NCBI RefSeq assembly: GCF_009914755.1
Contig: NC_060942.1
Length of the DNA stretch: 64,000 nucleotides
Reading direction: 5' to 3' (one strand)
Origin: the human T2T-CHM13v2.0 reference genome, Homo sapiens
This document shows, one piece after another, positions 51,030-64,000 of this stretch. A program made the position numbers and the translations under genes. Positions within the stretch are counted from its first letter, which is position 1. Each line of letters starts with the position of its first letter. The notes beneath the pieces are model-generated. The model had not been told where the DNA came from, did not search any database, and worked only from the letters and a program-made list of their open reading frames with translations.

Positions 51030-53515
51030 TAGGAAAGAAAATATATGTTCCCCTGTGGTTCCCTGTTATACCCTCTTCTCTTGAATAGTTTATCAGAAGG
51101 GACAACCAGCTCCTCATGCCCTTCCTCAGCAAGTGTCAACAGTGTGGGAGTGCAGTTGATAAAGCTTGATTTTCACAACTCTGCAAGTAGCTGAGCTCCA
51201 CCAGTGTTAGAACTGAAATTGAGGTTATCTCACCAGGAACCAACTTTCAGATGTTGAAGCCAGTAGAAATTTAGTAATGTGGGAAACTGATAACTAAAAG
51301 TATTCCAGGTTCTAATTATTTTGTCAGCTCAGTTTTAGGAAGCAGTCCTAGGGATTCCCCTGGAAGAAAGTTTGGCTGGATAGAGGGCAGTGATTGTGAA
51401 TTTTCTAGATCTTTTGTGGACTGCTTCTGTTGTTAAAAAAGCAGCAGTCTCTCAGCACACGAATGGGAAGTGTTAATGCTGTAACTGAGTAACACTGATA
51501 CTGAGTTTAAAATAATGGTAAATATCCCACTGAAATTTCACCCCCAGTACAGATTAGGGCCTTGGAATGCTGGATAGTGGATTAAGGACATCTGAAAATC
51601 TACTTCATAAAAGCAGTGAGAACATTGGCAAAACCTATTAATTTCAAGTTTTTCAGAACCATGGAAATTAGTTAAAGATTTCTAGCAATCTGAGGAATGA
51701 TTGTTCAAGAAAACACTGGGATCTCAGTAGGAACAGTGAACCTTGTGTTTTAACCTGCTGCAATCCCATTCCCGGCCCCTGACCACCTCCTTGGTGGCCT
51801 TGAAAACCAGCAGCCTCACAGCCATGGCAGCTGTGAAACTCAGAAGTCTGTTAAACCACTGGAAGGGACAGAACAGAACTGGAGCTCTTGAAGGACCATC
51901 CTCAAAGAAATGTCACAATTCGACCATTTGGCAGCTTGCTTGAAAGGGCCTTTCTGAGGGCTTTGTCTTTGTTTCACCCAACACAGGTCAGCTCACATTG
52001 TGCAAACAGCTCTACCTGCTGAGCATTTGTTGAAAACAATCGGTGGTAGTTGTTTAATCACAGCTGTCTGAGGTGGTGTTGCTAATTGAGGCCAAGTGGC
52101 TGACCAAAAAATTTTTTATTTTTATTTTATTTATTTATTTATTTATTTTTTTGAGACAGGGTCTCTCTCTGTCACCTAGCCTGGAGTGCAGTGGTGTAAT
52201 CGTGACTCACTGCAGCCTCAACCTCCTGAATTTAAGTGATTGGTCCTCCCACCTCAGCTTCCCAAGTAGGTGGGAACACAGATATGTGCCACCATGCCCA
52301 GCTAATCTTTTAATTTTTTTTGTAGAGATGGAGTCTCCCTATGTTACCCAGGCTCAAACAGTTTTTTTAAAATGGAGAAGTAAATGTTCCTTGACGACTT
52401 CAAAAAGCTCCAACATATTCCTGGGAATCTAGAAGGCTCTGAGCATTCTGAGAAGGCTCTACCTTCTCTGCTGTGGCGATCTTGAGGCTTTATGCAAGCC
52501 TCAAGGAAGACTAAGGTAGAATTATAAACCATTCAGCAGAGTGTTGAAGGCATGCCCCAATACCCACACCCACACGCCCTCTCACCTACCCACCCACCCA
52601 CCCTTAGTAAAGGCTGGAAAATTTATTAATTCAAGGCATGTAAGGAAATCTCTGTGTAGTTACTAGCGAACCACTAAACTAAGAGTCTTCAGTGGCCATA
52701 CATGGCAAACAAAAAACAAAACAAACAGACTTTATAGAATTAGTTCCTGAAAATCACTAATCAGATAGCAACAAAACAAACCCTGGGATGGGGGAAGAAT
52801 TTGATTTTTAGAATTGACACATTGTATTAGATAAAATTTCTAGTCTTTGACAAAAATTAGAAGCTATCTCAAGAAACAGGAAGATATGTCCCATATACAG
52901 GTTAAAAAAACACACACACACACACACCTCGGTTTCTGCCTAGTTTCTAGGATAGAAACTGTCCTTGATGAAGCGCAGATGTTGGGCATACTTAAAACTT
53001 AAGTCACTATGAAAGTTATGTTCAAATAACTATAGGAAAGCATGTCTAAAGAATCACATGAAAATATGCTTGTGAGGTTGAAGCCAGGAGGATTGCTTGA
53101 GCCCAGGAGTTTGAGGCTGCAGTGAGCCATGGTCATGATCAGGCCACTGTACTCCAGTCTGGGTGACAGAGCAAGACTCTGCCTCTTAAAAAAAATATTG
53201 GGTGACCAAACAGAGAATGGGAATAAAGAAGTAGAGATTATAAAAAAAAGAACCAATAGAAATTCTGGAGTCATAAACTCTAGTAACTGAAATGAAGAAT
53301 TCACTGGAGGGGCTTAGCAGGTATGAACTGGCAGAAGAATCAGTGAACTGGAAGACAGGTCATTTGAGATAGTTCAGTCTGAACAGCAAAAATAAAAGAA
53401 TAGAAAAATGAACAAAGCCTTAGAGACCTGTGTAACATCATCAACCATACCCATAATGGGAGTCCCAGAAGAGGGAAGATGTAAAGGGAAAAAGAAGGTA
53501 TACTGTGAATAGTTG

Positions 53516-53869
53516 TGTGTTTGTTCTCATGCCGCTAATAAAGACATACCTGGGACTGAGTAATTTATAAAGGAAAGAGGTTTAATTGACTTACAGTTCC
53601 ACATGGCTGGGGAGGCCTCACAATCATGGCAGAAGGCGAATGAGGTGCAAAGTCATGTCTTACATGGCACCAGGCAAGAATAGGAGTTGTGCCGGGGAAC
53701 TCCCATTTATAAAACCATCAGATCTCATGAGACTTATTCAGTACCATGAGAACAGTATGGGAGAAACTTCCCTTATGATTCAGTTATCTCCACCTTATCC
53801 TGCCCTTGACATGTGGGGATTACAATTCAAGGTGAGATTTGGGTGGGGACACAGAGCCAAACCATATCA
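53516..53869 (-). mobile_element. THE1-family MaLR solo LTR
   Basis: GCTAATAAAGACATACC...GAGGTTTAATTGACTTACAGTTCCACATGGCTGGGGAGGCCTCACAATCATGGCAGAAGG...CCAAACCATATCA; 5-bp TSD AGTTG. Confidence 0.9.
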
Positions 53870-54727
53870 AGTTGTATGCCAACAAATTAGGTAACCTAAA
53901 TGGAATTTATACAAATTCATGTAGATGCAAATGGCCATAACTGACTAAAGAATTTGAAAATCTGAATAGGCCAATAACAGGTAAAGAGATTGAAATAGCA
54001 ATCAGGAAACCTTCCACCAAAAAATACTGGGTCACATGGTTTACTGGGTAAATTCACTGGGTGAATTCTACCGAGTATTATTATAAACTCTTTCAAAATT
54101 TTATAATTAACCTGATACCAAACTAAAGACATCACAAGAAAACTATGGAACAATATCCCTTATAAATACAGAGGCCAAAATCCTCAGTGCAATGCTAGCT
54201 TTCCTCCCATTCTCACTACTTGTATTCTGTCATAAAAAAAGGATTGTACACCGTGACAAAGTGGAATTTATCCCAGGAACAAAAACTTGGTTCACCATAC
54301 CAAAACCACTCAATGTAATCTGTCATGTTAATAGAATAAAAGACAAAAACCACATGATCATCTCAGTAAATGCAGGAAAATCATTTGATAATATTCAGTA
54401 CTTTTTCTTGATGAAAACTATCAACTAGTAATAGAAGGAAAATTCTACAATTTGATAAAGACTGTCTATGAAAAACTCACAGTTAACATCATACTTCATG
54501 GTGAGAAATTGCATGCTTTCTCCTAAGATTATGAGTGAGACAAGGATAGTCATTCTCACCACTTCTATGTAGCATTGTACTGGAGATTCTATCTAGGACA
54601 ATTAGTAAAAATAAAATAGTAATATAAATAAAAGCATTGAGATTGTAATGGAGATTGGAATAGAACTATAACTAGAAAAGTATCTGTAGTTACAGTTGAC
54701 ATGATCTTGTATATAGAAAATCCTAAG

Positions 54728-54734
54728 GCGCGCG

Positions 54735-54778
<44 letters not shown>
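54728..54778. repeat. (GC)8 followed by (AC)n alternating purine-pyrimidine microsatellite
   Basis: Read directly from the sequence. Confidence 0.95.
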
Positions 54779-54780
<2 letters not shown>

Positions 54781-56134
54781 TCTTGAACTAATAATTGAGT
54801 TTACAAGCTTGTACATACAAGAACATTGAAGCATCCAGAAATGAAATTAATAAAACAATTCCATGATACAGTAGTATCAAAAAGAATAAAATACTTGGGA
54901 ATAAGTTTAATAAGTTTATGATTTGTACACAAACTATAAAACATTCTTGAAGGAAAGTAAAGAAGACCTAAAAAACAAAAGAAAGGACATTCCATGTTCA
55001 CGGATTAGAAGACTTACATTGTTAATACGGCCAATACTCCCCAGATTGAGCTGCAGATGGAGTGCAATACCTACAAAATCCCAGCTGGCTTTTTTTTTTC
55101 TCAGAAATTAACAAGTTTATTTTAAAAATCACATGGAAATGTAAGGGACCCAGAATAACCAAAACAACCTTGAAAAAGAACAAAGCTGGAAGACTCACAC
55201 TTCTCAATTTCAAAGCTTTGCTACAAATCTACAGTTATCAAGACAGTGTGGTACTACTGTGTGGACAGCCATAGAGATCCATGGAATTGAATTGAGAGTC
55301 CAGAAATAGACCCTTAACTTTACAGTCAGTTGTGTTTTTGACAGGGGTGTTAGGACATGAATGGATAAAGAAGATGTGGTATATCCATACAATGGGATAT
55401 TATTCAGCCATTAAACCACTAAGCTCAGATAAATGCATGGATGAACCTTGAAAACGTATGGTAGGTGAAAGAAGTCAGACACAAAAGGCCACACGTTTAT
55501 TTGAAAATTCTGGAATAAGCAAATTCAGAGACAAGAAATAGATGAGTGTTAATATGTGCTGGAGGCTGGTGGGAGGGGAGAATAGGGTGTGATGGTAGTG
55601 GGTATAGAGTTTCCTTTGGGATGATGAAATTTTCTGTGATTAGCTAATGGTGATAGATGCATAGTTTTGGAGACACATTAAAATCAATGAATTATACATT
55701 TGAGAGGGGCAGACTTTATGGTATATGAAATCTCAATAAAACGTATTTAAAAACAATATACAGTTAAGAGCGCATCCAGATACACCTAAGGTATTAGTAA
55801 AGCGGTGCATTAAGCTGAAATATCTGGCTTGTGCAAACTTGGGGCATTTGTACCTTATGTAGAATTCCAAAATCTGCTTAGGATTTTCCCTGTCCACTGG
55901 ACTGCCACTGGCAGGGTCTGCTTCCCTGTTCCTGGGTTGAGGGAGCAGCATTGGAGCATCCCTCAATTCCTGAATGAGGAAGTTAGTTAAAAGGGCAATG
56001 TGAGCTGTAGGGCCACACTCATCTAACAGGTGAGCTTAAGTTTCCATTGATGGCAGACCTATCAGATGTTTCCTCCCATTCTCACTACTTGTATTCTGTC
56101 ATTTTGCTCTTATCCTCCCAAAATCATGCTAAGA

Positions 56135-57795
<1,661 letters not shown>

Positions 57796-58712
57796 CCAGA
57801 TGATAGCTGGAGATCATGTTATTTTCTTACTGATTTTCCCCCGGTTTAGCAATACAAAGTGATCGTTAGGTTGGCACAAAGCACGATGGAAAATAACCAT
57901 TGTTGGCATCAAGAGAAATCTCACACCACTTGATAAATATAGTGAACTAGATTACTAAAGAGTGATTTCCCTGGATTGCTTGAACCAGGGCTCAGTGAAA
58001 ATGTTGCTGTTTGCTTTTTTTGTGGTCAGGATTTTTTGATTAAATGAGAAGCCTACAAATATGCAAGCTAGAAGGTGTTGTATTTTGGGATTAAGCCAGA
58101 CTGTAGCAGGATGTTAGTAATTTGAGTTGCATAAACTAATCTGGGGAGGCAGAGTGAGTAGCTGATGTCACATGAAGAGCAAACCCTTGATTCCATTCGT
58201 AATACATAATAGAACACCTTCGTTTCTAAAACTGGGTGCAGTAAAGCATAAAAAAACCTTTAGTAGCTGATGAAAGATTCTGCCCCAGGCTTGAGTCTAT
58301 TAACCAGAAAAACTGAAACAAAATTAGGCAAGGTGGTAAGTTTTGCTTTCTTTTAGTGGAATATTAGGATATACAGCAAATGGTAGCAGGACCACGTTGG
58401 GAAAAGGGCCAAAAGACTTTTTAAAAATCCTGTTTGAGGTTTGGATCCATTTTCTTTCATTTTTGGACATACCTTTGAGTAGTGGGTAAACTGAGAGCTC
58501 AGTGAGGTGAGCCTGTGTCTTTCAGCGGGCGGGCGGGCTGGAGTTGGAACTCCTGTTTCAGTGGTTTTCAGATCCTGCTGATCTCCAGAATGGCTCCAGT
58601 TCCCCCACCCCTAATGCTTTATTATGAAAAATTTCAAGCCTGCAGAAAAGGTAAAGAATGTACAGTGAGCACCCATATACCAACCACATGGATTCTGCAA
58701 TGAACATTTTAA

Positions 58713-59307
<595 letters not shown>

Positions 59308-59684
59308 TCTCTTTTTTTGGAATACGTTTCAAAGCATGTGATAGACATCGGTACAGTACAGTCCTAAACACTGAGTGTGCACGTCGTTAACTACAGTTTA
59401 ATATTTGTTTTGTTTCTGGATCTTTTCCAGGGATTTTTTTCAAGATTAAATTCCAAGCGCCATGATAGTTTCTGAGTTAGAAGGATGGGGCAGGCCCAGG
59501 AATCAGTACTTTGAAAAGCTCCCAAGTGCTTCTTGTGATGCATCGGGTTTGGGATCTTCTGCCCCAGGGAGCGCTTCCCGATTACTTCATAGCTAATCCT
59601 CACCTAAAATGCAGAGGTGGGCAGTTATCTTTAACCTGACCATAGAGCTCCATTTTTGGTTTTCTTGGAATCTTTTGTTTAAAA

Positions 59685-59882
59685 CAGTGGTTCTCAACCA
59701 GGGGCAGTTTTGTGCCTCGAGAGACATTGGACAATGTCTGGGATGGTTTGGTTATCACACCAGGGGGCATCTAGTGATGAGAGATCAGGGATGCTGCCGA
59801 GCATCCTGTAATGCACCGGACAGCCCCACAGGATGGGGAGTTATCTGGACCAAAATGCCAATAGTGCTGAGGCTGAGAAACG
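59685..59882. mobile_element. MER20 DNA transposon
   Basis: CAGTGGTTCTCAACCAGGGGCAGTTTTG...GGCATCTAGTG...CAGGGATGCTG...AATAGTGCTGAGGCTGAGAAAC. Confidence 0.85.
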
Positions 59883-61014
59883 TATTTTTTTTTTTTTTTG
59901 CCTAAAAGAAAATTGCTTGCTCCAGATGACTCCAGACAAACCAAAATAAAAATAAAAAGTAAAAACTAAAATGACAACATGAAATGAATTTTTAAGAGCC
60001 AAATGAGACCTTTAGAGACAATCTCATCACTGCCTACCTGGTTTCCGTCAAATACAGATTTATGCTCCAGAAAGTACCTAATTTATTAAAATAAGCTGAT
60101 TTCTAAAAGCTTGTTAGATGGTCAGTAATCTCAAACTTTGAGTGAATTTACTTGAAAAGGTAATGTTGCTGGTGGCCTTTAGTTTCTTTTAATATATCTT
60201 AAATATGATATCAAAGAAAAACAGAACATGATGCTTTGGGATGAATGTAATGAATGAAAAGCAGGATTCTTTGGCAGGTAACTGTGTCCCAGGCCCTGTC
60301 CTGCAGGGTGGCAGGGATGTGCTGAGCTGGGTGAGGGGGGACCGCTGAGGGCTTCTCTCAGTAGTTGCTCTGTGTAGAATTTTCTGAGTGTCTTGGGAGA
60401 ATGGGGGCATTTTTCCTGAAGGTCTCACTTGACTCCACAGTGAATGGCTTTACCTGTCTCTTGAGTAAGATGCATTTCTAGTAATGCTCTGACTACTTAG
60501 TCCACGTTTGACTAGTTTTTAGGAAAACAATATGTACAATGGAACAGAAAGCTTACAGAAATAAAGGGCAGTTCTTTTCTTGAGGTGAAAGTGATGTGGG
60601 GAGCCAGTAGGTGACAGGATTTGCTCTGGCCCCTCCGAGGGAGGAGGAAGATGAAGGTGAAACGTGGTATTGGTCAGTCCGTTTCCTGCTTGGTTGATTT
60701 CAGGGACCTGATGAGACAATATGGTGGTGAAAACAGACTGCTGGATTGCAATGGGCGGAACTGGGCTTAGTCTCTGGATAGGTGTCAGTTCATTTCACAC
60801 CTGTCATTGAGGGAAAATAATACCTGTATGGCTGTTGGAAGATTAAATGAGACTATGAACGGGAGCTGTGTGGATAAAATGTACCAGGCACTCCCAGTGC
60901 CAGAAGGTGTTCTTGTTAGTTCTGGGTGTGGCGATGTGCGAAGACACCCGTGTCTGCGGGGTGTGTGTGAGCTGCAGATAACCAGCAGGTCCTGCTGATG
61001 AGGCAACCTTCTTG

Positions 61015-61450
61015 GGAGTCTTGGCTCAGTTCCGGGGTTTAATTACGATGTATCCTTGGGCAAGTGGCTTAATGTCTCTGATTGTAATTTCCTTCATTTT
61101 TTCATATCTAAAATGAAAGAGGTGCTTGGATATTCCTAAGGGTTCATCTTTAGGAGTCTGTACTTCTGGTGTGGAGCTTTCTGGAAAAAGGCTTCTGGGA
61201 ATCTGAAATGGCAGTAGTGATGGGCGTGGTAACAGCAGTGTTCATACGCTTCCTCAGTAATTTTATGTAACAAACACTCACAGTGTACTTACTGCCCCTG
61301 AGATCTTAAAAACTCTCACTTTCAACTTTCACGACACCCTATAACTTAGGTAACTGCTATTATCCCTGGTATACAGATGGGGAAACTGAGCCTCAGAGAG
61401 GTTGGTGATTTGCCCCAAGTCATAGCTGGGAAGTGGCAGACCTCGATGGG
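61015..61450. mobile_element. Two MIR fragments in opposite orientation
   Basis: CCTTGGGCAAGTGGCTTAATGTCTCTG (+); TACAGATGGGGAAACTGAGCCTCAGAGAGGTTGGTGATTTGCCCCAAGTCA (-). Confidence 0.75.
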
Positions 61451-61799
61451 ATGCAGGCACCCTGCCCTCTGGGCTCCGATCACTTGGCCACCTCCCCGCA
61501 TGCACCACATGGGCTGTGGAGTTGGAGGCATTTGTGGGCTTCAAGAATGAGAGTTGGTGGGGAGTATGTGTGAGGAACCGGAGGGGTCATTTCCCTGGGA
61601 CTGGGATTGTGGAGGTTTTGATTTTGCTTTTCCCTTTTTAAACTGGGTGAGGTATGAGCATGGGAACTCTGTACGGAATGTGTCATTGGAGAGGGACAGC
61701 AGGGACAATGAAGGTAGTCCCCAGAGAAGTATGAGAAACTGGCATTCAGTGCTCATGCAGAATTCTCTTTGTTTTAATAATAATACAAATAATAACATT

Positions 61800-62090
61800 A
61801 ATATTATTTTTAGAGGCAGAGCCTCACTCTGTTGCCCAGGCTGGGGGGCAGTGGCACGATCATGGCTCACTGTAGCCTTGAACTCCTGGGCTCGAGCCAT
61901 CCTCTCACCTCCCTCAGCCTCCTGAGTAGTTGCCATGCGTAACACCGTGCCTTGCTAAGTTTTAAATTTTTTGTAGAGACCGGGTCTCACTGTCTTGCCC
62001 AGGCTGGTCTCGAACTCCTGGCCTCAAGCAGTCCTCCACCACAGCCTCCCAGAGTGCTGGGATTAAAGGTGTGAGCCACTGCACCCTGCC
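61800..62090 (-). mobile_element. Alu (AluJ)
   Basis: Antisense dimer. Confidence 0.9.
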
Positions 62091-63050
62091 TAGGATTCTC
62101 TGTAGATGGGGAGCCCACCTGGGTGAGATGCCAGACACCTGGCTCCGGCATATGCACAGCAGTTTCACACGAGCGTCTCTTACTCAGGTTTCAGAGTTCT
62201 GGTAAAAGATTTAGGTTTGACATCCACCCTTTGAGGTTTTTGGTTCTCACATGTTTGATAACCTGAAGCTTGTGGGTTTGATATGGGCAGTAAAGTGGGA
62301 TTATTTCTGTTAGAGATCCTTATTCCCTAGAGACTTTCTGGTCTGGAAAGGTGAGAGGCTATATATTCATTAGCTGGAACCACCATGTGGATCATTTGTT
62401 GGAAGAACTGTTAGGAAGAAGACAGATATTGCTATAGAGAGCAGGGCCAGATGAGCGAGAAGGCAAATGTACTTCATTCCTGTACCTGCAGGCTTATTAG
62501 GGACAGATGCCCTCAGGCGGGGATGTGTAGCTTCACTTGACTGCTCTAAATAAGGAGCGAGAGGGTGGTGTGTGTGTTAACCATCAAGATTAAGCAAGCA
62601 AGAAAAAGACAAAAGAAAGCCATCATTTAGTAACTGGTGGAGTGAGTTGGAGCCTGGGAGCTGCCCCAGGACAACTGTTATTTCCCTTGATCTTCCTCAA
62701 ACCCTACCAGGAAGTGAGGGCAACAGTTCCCTAAAGCAGCCCCATCAAGCTCTTAAGAAAGCAGTTTCACTGGGAGTGGGGAGAGGTAGAATTGGGAGGT
62801 GGTAGAGGGCTGGGGGGTATGAAATGTGAGGGCCGGAGTCCTCAGCATCGGAACTCCAGAAATAAAAAGTTGTCTGGGTCTTTGAAAGCCTCCTATATGA
62901 TAATGTTACAGTAACAGTGTTCTCTGCTACTTTCAATGAATAAAAAACCTAGGGTTTCTCAGCTACAGTGTGCATTAAGAGACATTTGTGGTCTAGTTTT
63001 GGCACTTCATTTCTATTTGGGAACATGCATTCTGAGTTTTAGACAACTAG

Positions 63051-63381
<331 letters not shown>

Positions 63382-63946
63382 GGAACACCACCCATTTTTT
63401 AAAGCAGAGAATTTATTGTTATTTGCACAAAAGGACGTTTGAACACTTTAGGAAATCTGGATGCTGGAATTAACTCGGTCAAAACAAAGCAAAACACACA
63501 GAATCTCGTATCTTTTCCTGCCCTGATGCTGAACTGCAGCCTTGATTTATGTTTTGTTTTTCCACTTTTGTTTCTGAACCTATGTGGTACAGGCTGAACC
63601 CTTGTCCCTGCTTCGGAGCACTTACCTTAATTATTATAGAAAAAAATTAAGAGTTGGCTGACTCTGTGCTGAACTTTCTGGTTTTTTTCCAGGCAGTTTC
63701 TCCATAACAAATGCGTTTTGCATAGAATTGAAATTGCCTATTTACCTCAATGACACCATCCTAATAGTTGGTGGTAACTACCTAATCTAATAATCTCTCA
63801 TTGTGTGTGATAGGGCTATTTATTGTATTTTAGAGTGAAATAATGCATTTTGTTTGCATTTTAAAAAGGAATGGTACAGGAAATGATTGTAATCCAGGAC
63901 TAAATATACAGTTTGCAGTCTTTTTATTCTAATTGCTTTCTGATGA

Positions 63947-63947
63947 A

Positions 63948-63990
<43 letters not shown>

Positions 63991-64000
63991 TGAGATGGAG
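63947..64000 (-). repeat. (AT)n microsatellite and poly-T tail of an antisense Alu cut by the window edge
   Basis: ATATAT...TTTT..GAGATGGAG. Confidence 0.85.

Larger units (their letters stand above)
51550..55760 (+). mobile_element. Old L1 (L1M/L1MB-like): 5' region, ORF1 and ORF2 remnants and 3' end, with nested Alus (about 52110-52360 minus, 53081-53196 plus) and a THE1 LTR
   Basis: Decayed ORF2 peptides in the ORF track (DKVEFIPG..WF.I.K..NVI.H.NRIKDKNHMIIS..A.K.FD.IQ; KDIPCS.I.RL; KFI..ITW.CK.PRI.K..LKKNKAG.LTL..FK) and an L1MB-like 3' UTR ending ATCTCAATAAA. Confidence 0.88.

Noticed and set aside
54192-55274. Reverse-transcriptase-like peptide fragments
   Set aside because: They are decayed, frameshifted L1 ORF2 and not an active or novel RT system.
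59757-59770. CTCF-like ACACCAGGGGGCAT inside MER20
   Set aside because: It mismatches the first core base, MER20-borne CTCF-like sites are already known, and there is no further support.

Overview
This is primate (almost certainly human) genomic DNA, dense in Alu, L1, MaLR, MIR, L2 and MER repeats. The only host coding sequence I can support is the first coding exon of NEDD4L (ATG 26561, MATGLGEPVYGLSEDE, donor GTGAGT at 26609), which lies in a CpG-island promoter at about 25.4-27.9 kb. Everything to the right is NEDD4L intron 1, with candidate alternative first exons near 27.6, 27.9 and 29.4 kb; exon 2 was not found in the window. The left edge holds a 5'-truncated HMGN1 processed pseudogene on the minus strand, with an Alu inserted in its 3' UTR. 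Almost all other ORFs in the track are Alu/L1-derived or GC-rich artefacts. I found no evidence for a novel multi-gene system. The most unusual observations are three locally templated direct copies of apparently different ages (a perfect 34-mer and copies of about 200 and 250 bp), two of which replace L1 sequence. Also notable are a G-quadruplex/in-frame CUG arrangement in the NEDD4L 5' leader, a palindromic double-octamer site upstream of the promoter, and a CpG-retaining (GC)n(AC)n Z-DNA tract. Repeat subfamily calls come from recalled consensus sequences and boundaries are approximate (within about 10-50 nt unless a TSD is given).
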